Assembly (NCBI GenBank): GCA_947629265.1
Contig: CANRCZ010000001.1
Span: 37,344-101,343 of the forward strand
DNA length: 64,000 nucleotides
Reading direction: 5' to 3'
Origin: an uncultured Bacilli bacterium
GTDB taxonomy: Bacteria > Bacillota_I > Bacilli_A > RF39 > UBA660
Shown: positions 40,218 through 49,628 of the stretch, piece after piece
Layout of the letters: every line of letters begins with the position of its first letter
Position numbering within the stretch: the first letter of the stretch is position 1
Position numbers and translations under genes: made by a program
Notes under the pieces: model-generated
Told to the model about the DNA's origin: nothing
The model's input: the letters and a program-made list of their open reading frames with translations, nothing else
The model's database searches: none

Positions 40218-40849
40218 TAATATACAAGTCCACATCCACTAAATACAATAAGTCCTAAAATTAAACCTAAATTGATATCTGATGTTTTAGGATTTTCCTT
40301 ATCTAAAACATCTTGAGCGATATCTGGTGACCATTCTTCTTCATTATCTTTAGATAATAATGTAAGTCCTTTAGGATCTATTTGAATGATGACATATTGA
40401 TCAGCGGTACCATTTTCATCCCAATCAAATGAATATTTATAAGTTAAAGTAGTACCATTTAAAAGCACTTTTTTAAGATTAGAAGGTGTAATTCCAACAT
40501 AGTCTCTAAAAGAAGAACCTTTTACTTGCGTAGTTTTATTATCAGGTGCAGTAACTTTGAAACTTGAATCACTATCATCAGTTGGTGTTGTTACCTCAAA
40601 ACCGATCCAAGCTGCAGGACCTGGTCTATCACCATCAGCGGCACTTTCATCAGCATCTAACATTTTAAACGTTGCAGCTGAATAACGGATCGTTGTTGTA
40701 TCACCTTTAGTTTCGATCGTACCTTTTCCTGAAGAAAGCGAATCACCAGTAGTTTCAGTAATATCGGTTACTTTTCCATATCCGATCGCTGATACGGATG
40801 GTATTATCATCAACATTATAGCAGTGATAAAAAACATAATTTTTTTCAT
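40202..40849 (-). CDS. cell-wall-anchored surface protein with an NPKTS sorting signal (sortase B substrate type)
   Basis: N-terminal signal peptide. C-terminus ENPKTSD followed by a hydrophobic stretch and a KKA tail. Confidence 0.65.
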   Translation of the reverse strand: MKKIMFFITAIMLMIIPSVSAIGYGKVTDITETTGDSLSSGKGTIETKGDTTTIRYSAATFKMLDADESAADGDRPGPAAWIGFEVTTPTDDSDSSFKVTAPDNKTTQVKGSSFRDYVGITPSNLKKVLLNGTTLTYKYSFDWDENGTADQYVIIQIDPKGLTLLSKDNEEEWSPDIAQDVLDKENPKTSDINLGLILGLIVFSGCGLVYYFKKA

Positions 40850-40911
40850 AAATTAACTCCTTTTGCATAATAATATTTTAGCCATTATTTTATGTTTGAG
40901 GGTGATCATGG

Positions 40912-41781
40912 ATGAAAAAATATATGACTATCGAAGAGTATTACAAGACACAATCACAATCTGGAAAAAAGAATAGTAAAAAGAAAATACTACGTCATAG
41001 TTTCGGTATATTGTGTCTAATTATTATTCTCTTCTCACTAAATACTATATTTAAATGGTATAAAGATAATTCCAAAATTCGACAAATTAATCAACAAATT
41101 TCTAAAACAACTGATATCGATATAGTATCTATCGATGGTGAATTAGTTAATCCACCTATTAATGAAGATAGCAATTACTACTATTATATTACTTTTCCTT
41201 TTTATCAAGCTGATTTTAAAACATTATTAAAAGATAACGAGGATACAGTAGCATTCATTAAAATGAAAAATACTAATATTAATTATCCAGTCGTTCAAGC
41301 TAAAGATAATAAATATTATTTAGCTCATTCTTTTGATAAAAAAGCTAATAGTGCTGGATGGGTATTTATGGATTATCGTAGTAATATCGATACTTTAGCA
41401 GATAACACCGTGATTTATGGTCATGCTAGATTAGATAAAACGATGTTTGGATCATTAAGGTATGCCTTATCTTCTAACTGGCAAAAAGATTTAGATAATT
41501 ACGTTATCTATTTATCGACTTTAAAAGAAAATATGATATTTCAGATCTTTTCTATTTATACGATTAAAAGTGAAAACTACTACATAACACCAAATTTTGA
41601 TAATAAAAACGATAAACAAAAATGGATTAATACGATGAAAAAAAGAAATACAGCCCCAATCGATACAGAGGTTAATGTAAACGATAAATTTCTTACCTTA
41701 TCTACTTGTCAAAATAATCAAGGTGGTAGGATCGTTGTTCATGCTAAATTGATTAAAAGACAAAAAATAAAGAACTCTTGA
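40912..41781 (+). CDS. srtB: class B sortase
   Basis: N-terminal TM. Motifs GWVFMDY, VIYGHA, LTLSTC catalytic Cys and the conserved Arg region. Paralog of the two sortases below. Confidence 0.75.
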   Translation: MKKYMTIEEYYKTQSQSGKKNSKKKILRHSFGILCLIIILFSLNTIFKWYKDNSKIRQINQQISKTTDIDIVSIDGELVNPPINEDSNYYYYITFPFYQADFKTLLKDNEDTVAFIKMKNTNINYPVVQAKDNKYYLAHSFDKKANSAGWVFMDYRSNIDTLADNTVIYGHARLDKTMFGSLRYALSSNWQKDLDNYVIYLSTLKENMIFQIFSIYTIKSENYYITPNFDNKNDKQKWINTMKKRNTAPIDTEVNVNDKFLTLSTCQNNQGGRIVVHAKLIKRQKIKNS

Positions 41782-41860
41782 TTTTAGTCAAGAGTTTATT
41801 ATTTGATAAAAATAGACATTAAAAAGTGTATAATTATAAGTATATGATAAAGGAGTATCT

Positions 41861-43051
41861 ATGAAAAAAATATCTTTTTTAATATTATTATTTTTATTAG
41901 TTACAAGTTTTATTTTATTAGTAAGTTTTAAAAGAAAAGATGATATTGTATTTAAAGAGATGAGCATCGATGAAAGAGTTAATAATCAATTAAAACATAT
42001 GACTATCGAGCAAAAAATAGCGCAGATGCTGATTATTGATTATGAAAGTGATACTGTTGATGACCCACTAATTTCGTTATTACATAATTATCCAATTGGT
42101 GGAGTAATACTTATGAAACCTAATATTACAACTTATGATAAAACTAAAAAATTTGTTCAAGATCTACAAACTAACAGCGCGATTCCTTTAATTATCAGTG
42201 TCGATGAAGAGGGTGGTTCGGTACAGCGTTTAAAATATTTAACGGATATTGAAGCAACTGATATACCATATATGTACGACTTAGGCAAGACTAATGATGA
42301 AAAACTAGCTTATAATGTCGGTAAAATTATGGCTCAAGAATTAAGAACTATCGGTGTCAATGTCGCTTTCGCACCTGTTGTCGATATTTATTCTAATCCA
42401 AATAATAAAGTTATTGGAAAAAGAAGCTTCAGTAATGATCCTAACTTAGTTTCTAAGATGGCTAATAGTCTAGCCAAAGGTTTAGAAGATAACGGCGTAA
42501 TAGCTACCTACAAACATTTTCCAGGCCACGGTGATACCGATATTGATTCACATTATAATTTGCCGATTATTTCTAAAACATATGACGATTTAAAAAATCT
42601 AGAATTAAAACCTTTTAATGATGCTATCGCTAATGAAGCTAAAATGATCATGATCGGTCATATATCCTTACCGAATATAATAGGTGATAATACTCCAGCT
42701 AGTCTATCTAAAAAAATAATAACGGATATATTAAAAAATGATATGAATTATCAAGGCTTAGTTATTACTGATGCTTTAAATATGGGAGCTTTAACTAATG
42801 ATTATTCAGATGATGAAATTTATATAAACGCTATTGAAGCTGGTGTCGATCTATTATTAATGCCAAACAATGTTGAAGAAGCTATCAAATGTCTTAAAGA
42901 TAATATAGATGAAAAGAGGATCGATAAATCAGTCTATAAAATATTGAAATTTAAGTACGAGTATTTAAGTAAACAACAGTGGTTAGATAAAAGCTATCTA
43001 GGTAGTAGTGACCATCAAAAAATAATATCGAATATACCAGTAAGTAAATAA
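41861..43051 (+). CDS. nagZ: glycoside hydrolase family 3 beta-N-acetylhexosaminidase (NagZ-like), secreted or membrane-anchored
   Basis: KHFPGHGDTDIDSH signature. Confidence 0.8.
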   Translation: MKKISFLILLFLLVTSFILLVSFKRKDDIVFKEMSIDERVNNQLKHMTIEQKIAQMLIIDYESDTVDDPLISLLHNYPIGGVILMKPNITTYDKTKKFVQDLQTNSAIPLIISVDEEGGSVQRLKYLTDIEATDIPYMYDLGKTNDEKLAYNVGKIMAQELRTIGVNVAFAPVVDIYSNPNNKVIGKRSFSNDPNLVSKMANSLAKGLEDNGVIATYKHFPGHGDTDIDSHYNLPIISKTYDDLKNLELKPFNDAIANEAKMIMIGHISLPNIIGDNTPASLSKKIITDILKNDMNYQGLVITDALNMGALTNDYSDDEIYINAIEAGVDLLLMPNNVEEAIKCLKDNIDEKRIDKSVYKILKFKYEYLSKQQWLDKSYLGSSDHQKIISNIPVSK

Positions 43052-43208
43052 AAAAATTTATTATGTTTTATCTTAACTTTAATATATCTAAAATTAATAA
43101 CAGAATTAGATATAATTATTGACTACAATACGTAAAGATGCTACAATTAAATTGTTTATAAGGTTAATAAAATTTTTAGTAATTTTTGATATTAGAAAGG
43201 AAGATAAA

Positions 43209-44447
43209 ATGAAAAAATCAAGTAAAATTTTATTATCGATGTTAGCAGTATTTAGTATGATTTTTACTGTAAATGCTAATGCTGAGGTACAAGATCAGGT
43301 AACGTCTGATCAATCACCAATTATCGAGGAGGGTACTAAACTTTTTGAAGATATAACTAAAGAAAAATTTGATAGTATCGTTCCAAACACCATCGATATT
43401 GATATAACTAAAACTGACTTTGCAAATGCGATTATCGAAAGTGAAAAAAGTGGAGATTATGATATCTTCGATAAAAAAATAGCAGAGGTAAACGAAAAAG
43501 TTCAAACTAAAATTATCGACTTAATTGAAAATGCTGGATATATGGATGAAGCAGCTGTTCAAAAGGAAACTATCCAAGCTATGATGTATGATCCATATTC
43601 TGATTTTAGTAGCATAACTATTTCTTTAGTTATCAATAAAGAGACTAAAGCTACTAAAACTATAACTATTAATTATGCTAAAGAAAGTAATTATAGTGAA
43701 ACTGATGCAACTTATGTTAAAAATAAAGTAAACGGTATTAAATTTGCTACATACAATGGTATGGATGCTGTATTTACTGTTTATAACATAAACGATAAAG
43801 CAAATGCTGATAAATGGAATGAAAAAACTTACGATTTTACTAAATTATTAAACGATAATTCCATAACTATCAAAGCAACTATGGCTGCTGGTGGTTTCGG
43901 TGGTAGTACTCCTTGGGGTGTTAGCACATTAGTACATTTTTATAAAAATGGCGTATTATATGAAACTAAACTAGTTTATAATTTAGGTGCTTATGGAACA
44001 ACTTTAGAAAATGGTACACCTGTTAATGTTGCAACTATCGAAAAAGAAGATGCAATTTATAAAGAAATGCAAAAACAATTACAAGATAAAAAATTAACTA
44101 ATATTATCGGTGCTTATGAATTAACAGCATATGGAACAACTTACGATAATATGCAAGTTACATTTAATGTAGATAGCAAATACAATGGTAAAGAGGTTGT
44201 TATATTACATAAAAAGAAAGATAACACTTATGAGACATTTACTCAAAAGGTAGCTAATGGTAAAGTAACTATTAAAGTTGATGAATTTTCACCATTTATG
44301 ATAGCTTTAAGTAATACTAAAACTGAAACTGTAAATAAGGCTCCTAATAATGCTCAAACCTCTTCAATGAATATTGGATTATATTCTATATTAGCACTTA
44401 GCTCTTTAATAGGAATAGCTTATATAGTTAAAAAGGAAATAGCTTAG
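43209..44447 (+). CDS. cell-wall-anchored surface protein with a PNNAQTS sorting signal
   Basis: RBS GAAAGGAAG. Signal MKKSSKILLSMLAVFSMIFTVNANA. C-terminus KAPNNAQTSSMN followed by a hydrophobic stretch and KKEIA. Confidence 0.7.
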   Translation: MKKSSKILLSMLAVFSMIFTVNANAEVQDQVTSDQSPIIEEGTKLFEDITKEKFDSIVPNTIDIDITKTDFANAIIESEKSGDYDIFDKKIAEVNEKVQTKIIDLIENAGYMDEAAVQKETIQAMMYDPYSDFSSITISLVINKETKATKTITINYAKESNYSETDATYVKNKVNGIKFATYNGMDAVFTVYNINDKANADKWNEKTYDFTKLLNDNSITIKATMAAGGFGGSTPWGVSTLVHFYKNGVLYETKLVYNLGAYGTTLENGTPVNVATIEKEDAIYKEMQKQLQDKKLTNIIGAYELTAYGTTYDNMQVTFNVDSKYNGKEVVILHKKKDNTYETFTQKVANGKVTIKVDEFSPFMIALSNTKTETVNKAPNNAQTSSMNIGLYSILALSSLIGIAYIVKKEIA

Positions 44448-44471
44448 TTGCTATTTCTTTATATTTAAAGT

Positions 44472-45224
44472 ATGAAAAAGAAAAAATTAAAAATTAAAAA
44501 CATTTTATTAGTTTTATTTATAGTATTATTTTTGTTTTCTACGATAAAAATTACGTTGTTTTGGCGTGATTTAAAGAGTAATAAAAAGGAAACAAAGGAA
44601 TTACTTGAAGAGGTTATCGATATAGAAATAGATAAAGATAGCAATGAAAAGGTAAAGATAGATTTCGATAAATTATTATCCATCAACGATGATACTGTTG
44701 GCTGGATTAGATTTAATAGTGATAAAGTAAACAATCCGATCGTCCATACGAGTGATAATGCATATTATTTAAACCGTTCTTTTGAAAAGAAAAATAATCA
44801 ATCAGGAACGATCTTTATGGACTATCGCAATAAATCTTTTGATGATAAAAACGTCGTATTATTTGGTCATTCAATGTTGGATAAAACGATGTTTGGTTCA
44901 TTAAGTGATGTATTTAAAAAAGATTTCTTTAATACTAAAGAAAACAACTATATTCAAATTATCAATACTGATAATGAGATCCTTACTTATCAAATTTTCA
45001 GCTATTACATAATCGAAAAGGAAGAATACTATATAACTACCTCATTTAATAGTGATAGTGAATTTAAAAAATTTATTGATACGATTAAAAAAAGAAGCTA
45101 TAAGAATTTTAAAATAGATGTGACAACTAGTGATAAGATATTAACTCTTTCAACTTGTTCAGGAACAGGTGAAACATCTAAAAGAGAGGTAATTCATGCT
45201 AAGCGAGTTGAAAATAAAGAATAA
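44472..45224 (+). CDS. srtB: class B sortase
   Basis: SINDDTVGWIRF, GTIFMDY, VVLFGH and ILTLSTCSG align closely with S. aureus SrtB (KINKDIVGWIKL, GSIFMDF, TILYGH, IMTLSTCED). Confidence 0.85.
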   Translation: MKKKKLKIKNILLVLFIVLFLFSTIKITLFWRDLKSNKKETKELLEEVIDIEIDKDSNEKVKIDFDKLLSINDDTVGWIRFNSDKVNNPIVHTSDNAYYLNRSFEKKNNQSGTIFMDYRNKSFDDKNVVLFGHSMLDKTMFGSLSDVFKKDFFNTKENNYIQIINTDNEILTYQIFSYYIIEKEEYYITTSFNSDSEFKKFIDTIKKRSYKNFKIDVTTSDKILTLSTCSGTGETSKREVIHAKRVENKE

Positions 45225-45290
45225 TTTTGATAAATATAATTCAAAATTATTTTTTTATAAGCAATAAAACAAAATATAAATATTAGGTCG

Positions 45291-45440
45291 AATAACACTG
45301 TACAAGTAGAAAAAATTGGTGTATAATGGTCTTACGCTAATTGGGGCTTATGGCATCAATTAGTCTTATTGTTGCTAGGTGGAGTGTGGTATATGAGTAA
45401 GTGAAATTGTTGTTATGTTGAAAGACTACTAAAGGAAAGT
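45291..45440 (+). promoter_or_regulatory. conserved about 150-nt promoter/leader element, copy A (upstream of the DUF5011-like gene)
   Basis: About 75 percent identical to 46982-47130. Has a TATAAT -10, a hairpin and the mini-ORF ATG AGT AAG TGA at 45393-45404. Confidence 0.45.
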
Positions 45441-45543
45441 ACAACTGATGACAATATCCTTACTCTTTTTACTTATTCTGGTCTTGGAAATATTTCTAAA
45501 GACAGGTTATTCATGATAAAAAGGTAGAAAGATGAGGTATAAT

Positions 45544-46443
45544 ATGAGATGGATGATAAGTGTGGGGACATGGTTTAAAAGTCATTTTTTAGTTTCAATT
45601 TTAATTGGTGTATTAGCTGTTGGTGGTACTGTATCTGGTGTTGTAGTTTTAAACAAAGCATTTAATAAAACTAGTATTGTGTTAAAAGAAAAATTGGATT
45701 TCGAAATAAATAGTGATGTTTATTTAATATCTTTAATAAATAAAGTCAGCAATGGAGAATTGTTGACAGATAATTATAAGATTGATACGTCAAAGTTGGG
45801 TAAACAAGAATTGACTATTAAATATCTAAATCAATGGAAAAAGAAAGATGAGTATAAGTTCAGTATTAACATTGTAGATACAACTAAACCTACGATAGAG
45901 TTTAAAAAAGACTTGTCCACTACCATGGGGACAGAAATTGATTTATTAAAAGGGGTAGTGGTTAAAGATAACTCTAAAGAAGAAATAAAAGCTACTGTTG
46001 ATGGAAAGTATGATTTTAACAAAGCTGGAACATATAAACTTAAATATGTGGCTGTAGATAGTAGTAATAATAAGATAGAAGAGGAGTTTACTTTAAAAGT
46101 GGATGATATTATTACCAAATTTATTGGTAAATATGTAGGAAAAGACGGATCCGTTGGTTCTAAAAAGTCGTATGTAAAGTTAAAAAGTAATAACGAAGCT
46201 GAATTAAATATAAATTATTGTGAGGGTTTTACTGAATATAGAGGAACTTATAATATAAAGTATGACAAAACGACTGGTAACTATAGTTTAAACATAACAT
46301 CAATAAAGCCTTGGAATGGGGTAGGTGTTAGCACACCAGAAACCTTTAAATTTAAAATCCAAAATAATGTATTGATTGTTTTAGAAGGAAATTTAGGTGA
46401 AATTTTTGATTGTAGTGGGGTTACAAAACTTGTTAGAGAATAA
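45544..46443 (+). CDS. membrane-anchored protein with a bacterial Ig-like (DUF5011-type) domain
   Basis: N-terminal TM. The central segment TKPTIEF...YKLKYVAVDSSNN resembles DUF5011/Ig-like domains of Firmicutes surface proteins. Confidence 0.5.
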   Translation: MRWMISVGTWFKSHFLVSILIGVLAVGGTVSGVVVLNKAFNKTSIVLKEKLDFEINSDVYLISLINKVSNGELLTDNYKIDTSKLGKQELTIKYLNQWKKKDEYKFSINIVDTTKPTIEFKKDLSTTMGTEIDLLKGVVVKDNSKEEIKATVDGKYDFNKAGTYKLKYVAVDSSNNKIEEEFTLKVDDIITKFIGKYVGKDGSVGSKKSYVKLKSNNEAELNINYCEGFTEYRGTYNIKYDKTTGNYSLNITSIKPWNGVGVSTPETFKFKIQNNVLIVLEGNLGEIFDCSGVTKLVRE

Positions 46444-46459
46444 TTAGAAATGATTTTAT

Positions 46460-46540
46460 TATGTATTATGGAATGGATGATATGGTTTAAAAGTGATTTA
46501 TTAGTTTCAGTATTGATTGGTACTTTAGTGATTGAAAAGA
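46460..46540 (+). pseudogene. 5' fragment duplicate of the 45544 gene (MEWMIWFKSDLLVSVLIGTLVIEKT*)
   Basis: Nucleotide similarity to 45544-45640 and a stop after 26 codons. Confidence 0.4.
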
Positions 46541-46688
46541 CGTAGAGGAATTAATAAAGATTAAGTATAATTTGGTAATGGTAAAAGATAAACCTCTAGT
46601 TATTAAACCGATAATTAATAATATAAAGTAATATCCTTGGTATTTTTAATAAAAAAATATAGTCAATAAAAATTTAACTATATTTTTT

Positions 46689-46925
46689 TTATTTTTCTTT
46701 AAGTAATTTGTCGATAGATATTTGTAGAGCATCAGCGATTCTTCCTACCGTTTCTAAAGAAAAGGTTTTATTTTTTACTTTACTCTCAATTTCACTTATA
46801 AAATGTGCTGATAACTCCGAAGCGTCAGCCAGCTGTTGTTGGGTCATTTTCTTTTCAAGACGATATTTTCTAATGTTTCTTCTACATATATCATAGTAAT
46901 AGTTACTTGGTTTTAGTTGGGCCAT
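46689..46925 (-). CDS. XRE-family HTH transcriptional regulator
   Basis: HTH KKMTQQQLADASELSAHFISEIE. RBS AGAGGTGAGG before the ATG (MAQLKPSNYYY...). Confidence 0.65.
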   Translation of the reverse strand: MAQLKPSNYYYDICRRNIRKYRLEKKMTQQQLADASELSAHFISEIESKVKNKTFSLETVGRIADALQISIDKLLKEK

Positions 46926-46981
46926 AGACCTCACCTCTCTATAAATAATTTTCCCATTTTTAAAAAAATATGTATTGGGGC

Positions 46982-47130
46982 GAATAGCACTATACAAATG
47001 TGAAAATTTGGTGTATAATGGTCTTGTACCAATTGAGGCCAATAGCATCAGTTAATCTTGGTATTGGTAAAAGGAGTGTGGTTAATGAGTAAGTGAAATT
47101 GTTGCTTCATGGAGAGATTACTAAAGAAAT
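46982..47130 (+). promoter_or_regulatory. conserved promoter/leader element, copy B (upstream of surface protein 47157)
   Basis: Same element as 45291-45440. Mini-ORF ATG AGT AAG TGA at 47085-47096. Confidence 0.45.
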
Positions 47131-47156
47131 TTAATAATGATGAAAGGATGAAAAAA

Positions 47157-48695
47157 ATGAAAAATAAATTTATGTTCTTCTTTGTACTTGCAGCAGTATT
47201 TTTATTAGGAAATACACAAGTAAATGCTAAGAGTTTTTGGGACGATTATTTTGAAAAATATGGACCTAATTACTTTAGATGGGGTCAGGAGGTACCAAAT
47301 ATTCAGAGCTGGACAAATAAAGAAGGTTATTACGTGAACATTAACTGGGGTGGTAAAGGTGTTTCATGTAAGGATTTTGACACAACTGAAGTTAATGGAA
47401 ATGAGGTATATGCTTTTTGTCCAGATTTTTACACACCATATGATATTTATATGGATGTTGAAGATTTGACAGCTAAAAGTAGTAATACAGACGTTATGAC
47501 TGTAACAACAAAAAAATATGATTTCAGTAAAGAAAAAGAATACTTTAACAATTATAGGAGTGCTTATGAAAAACTAACATTAAACGAAATCAATGAATAT
47601 ATGGATAAAAATAAAAAGGAACGTTTTCAAGAAAAACCAAGTTTTGGAGAGTTTTTAAAGTTAACATATAATGGTGTTGGTGATCTTGATGTTACCGATG
47701 TAACAGCTTGGTGGCAAGCTTTTGGGTTTAAAAGTGAACCAACAAATGTTTACGAGGTAATTTATACTGGTCATGATTTAGGTAAGACCACTGTTACACT
47801 TAGTGCAAAAGGCAAAGATGATATCAAAGTCGACTGGACTATTCAGGCCCTTTCTTTCTGGGGTGGAAATATGGGTCAAGGTTTAGTAGAAATACTAAAT
47901 AATACAGAAAAATATAAGGATATAATACGTAAATCTTATAATTACTATATTGGAGAAAATGAGGATATTTCAGATGTTATAAATGCTTTAAAAGGAAAAG
48001 ATATAACAGTTAATTTCTATAATCAACAAAACGGTATTACCTCAAAATCCGTTTTAAATGGTAAAGATATTAAAAATGAGGTTAGTAAAGGTTTTACTTA
48101 TAGTCATAAAATAGGATTAAATAGTTCAGTTAATAAAGAAAAGATAGATGGTATTTTAGAAGCTGAAAACGAGTTATTTATTGATTTTGCATATCATGGT
48201 AGTCTTCCAGCTCCATATACAGTTGAGGTTAATATAAAGAGGGAAATTACTGCTGAGATATATGAAAAATACATAAAAAAATATAATTGTTCTGATGTTG
48301 ATGATGTGTGTCATGAGAAATTGGATAATGATGTAAATGAAGAGATAGAAAAATTCTTTAAGAATGCTGTATTCACGTTATTATATTATAATCCTGAAAC
48401 TGATAAGATGGAAATAATTAAGAATGATTATAAGCCTAATGAGGATGGAAAGATAACTCTTTCATTTGATCATTTTTCAACTTATGTTTTAGTTAAAAAT
48501 AATGAATATACAACTAAGAAAAGAGAAATTGTAAAGAATGAGTCTGAGGTTAAACCAGTTGCTAATAATAAAGCAGATAAAGCACCTAATAATGCTCAAA
48601 CATCTTCAATGAATGTCGTATTCTATTTAAGTATGGCTTTAGTATCTTTAGTAGGCATAATTTATATAATAATTAAGAAAAGGAAAATAGCTTAA
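47157..48695 (+). CDS. cell-wall-anchored surface protein with a PNNAQTS sorting signal
   Basis: Signal MKNKFMFFFVLAAVFLLGNTQVNA. C-terminus DKAPNNAQTSSMN followed by a hydrophobic stretch and KKRKIA. Confidence 0.7.
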   Translation: MKNKFMFFFVLAAVFLLGNTQVNAKSFWDDYFEKYGPNYFRWGQEVPNIQSWTNKEGYYVNINWGGKGVSCKDFDTTEVNGNEVYAFCPDFYTPYDIYMDVEDLTAKSSNTDVMTVTTKKYDFSKEKEYFNNYRSAYEKLTLNEINEYMDKNKKERFQEKPSFGEFLKLTYNGVGDLDVTDVTAWWQAFGFKSEPTNVYEVIYTGHDLGKTTVTLSAKGKDDIKVDWTIQALSFWGGNMGQGLVEILNNTEKYKDIIRKSYNYYIGENEDISDVINALKGKDITVNFYNQQNGITSKSVLNGKDIKNEVSKGFTYSHKIGLNSSVNKEKIDGILEAENELFIDFAYHGSLPAPYTVEVNIKREITAEIYEKYIKKYNCSDVDDVCHEKLDNDVNEEIEKFFKNAVFTLLYYNPETDKMEIIKNDYKPNEDGKITLSFDHFSTYVLVKNNEYTTKKREIVKNESEVKPVANNKADKAPNNAQTSSMNVVFYLSMALVSLVGIIYIIIKKRKIA

Positions 48696-48713
48696 TGCTA
48701 TTTCTTTTAAATT

Positions 48714-49472
48714 ATGAAGAAAAAATATAGATTAAAACCTAAAATTAAAAATATATTATTAGTATTTTTAATAATTATATTTGTTTTTTCAGTTATGAAA
48801 ATTACTATATTTTCTAAAGATTTAAAAGAAAATGAACATAATATAAAAAAACTAAATGATGAGGTAATAGATATAACTATAGAGGATGATAGAGAAAAAA
48901 TAAAGATAGATTTTGATAAATTATTATCTATCAATGATGATACTGTTGGCTGGATTAGATTTAATAGTGATAAAGTAAACAATCCGATCGTCCATACGAG
49001 TGACAACAGCTATTATTTAAACCGTTCTTTTGAAAAGAAAAGTAATCAATCAGGAACGATCTTTATGGACTATCGTAATAATTCTTTTAATGATAAAAAC
49101 GTCGTATTATTTGGTCATTCAATGTTGGATAAGACAATATTTGGTTCATTAAGTGACGTATTTAAAAAAGATTTCTTTAATACTAAAGAAAACAACTACA
49201 TTCAAATTATCAATACCGATAATGAAATCCTTACTTATCAAATCTTCAGCTATTACATAATCGAAAAGGAAGAATACTATATAACTACCTCATTTAATAG
49301 TGATAGTGAATTTAAAAAATTTATTGATACGATTAAAAAAAGAAGCTATAAGAATTTTAAAATTGATGTAACAACTAGTGATAAGATACTAACTTTATCA
49401 ACTTGTTCAGGAACAGGTGAAACATCGAAAAGAGAGGTCATTCATGCTAAGCGAGTTGAAAATAAAGAATAA
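48714..49472 (+). CDS. srtB: class B sortase (near-duplicate of 44472-45224)
   Basis: Nearly identical to the 44472 sortase over the C-terminal ~190 aa at both DNA and protein level. Confidence 0.85.
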   Translation: MKKKYRLKPKIKNILLVFLIIIFVFSVMKITIFSKDLKENEHNIKKLNDEVIDITIEDDREKIKIDFDKLLSINDDTVGWIRFNSDKVNNPIVHTSDNSYYLNRSFEKKSNQSGTIFMDYRNNSFNDKNVVLFGHSMLDKTIFGSLSDVFKKDFFNTKENNYIQIINTDNEILTYQIFSYYIIEKEEYYITTSFNSDSEFKKFIDTIKKRSYKNFKIDVTTSDKILTLSTCSGTGETSKREVIHAKRVENKE

Positions 49473-49628
49473 TTTTGATAAATTCAAAATTATTTTTTTA
49501 CAAACAATAAAAAATAAATTATTTTAGATAGATAATAAGTGTTTTATTATGATAAATGTAATAATAAATTAATGATAATATGGTATAATAATTAAGGCAA
49601 GTTAACGTTTTTTGAAAGGAGTTTTTCA

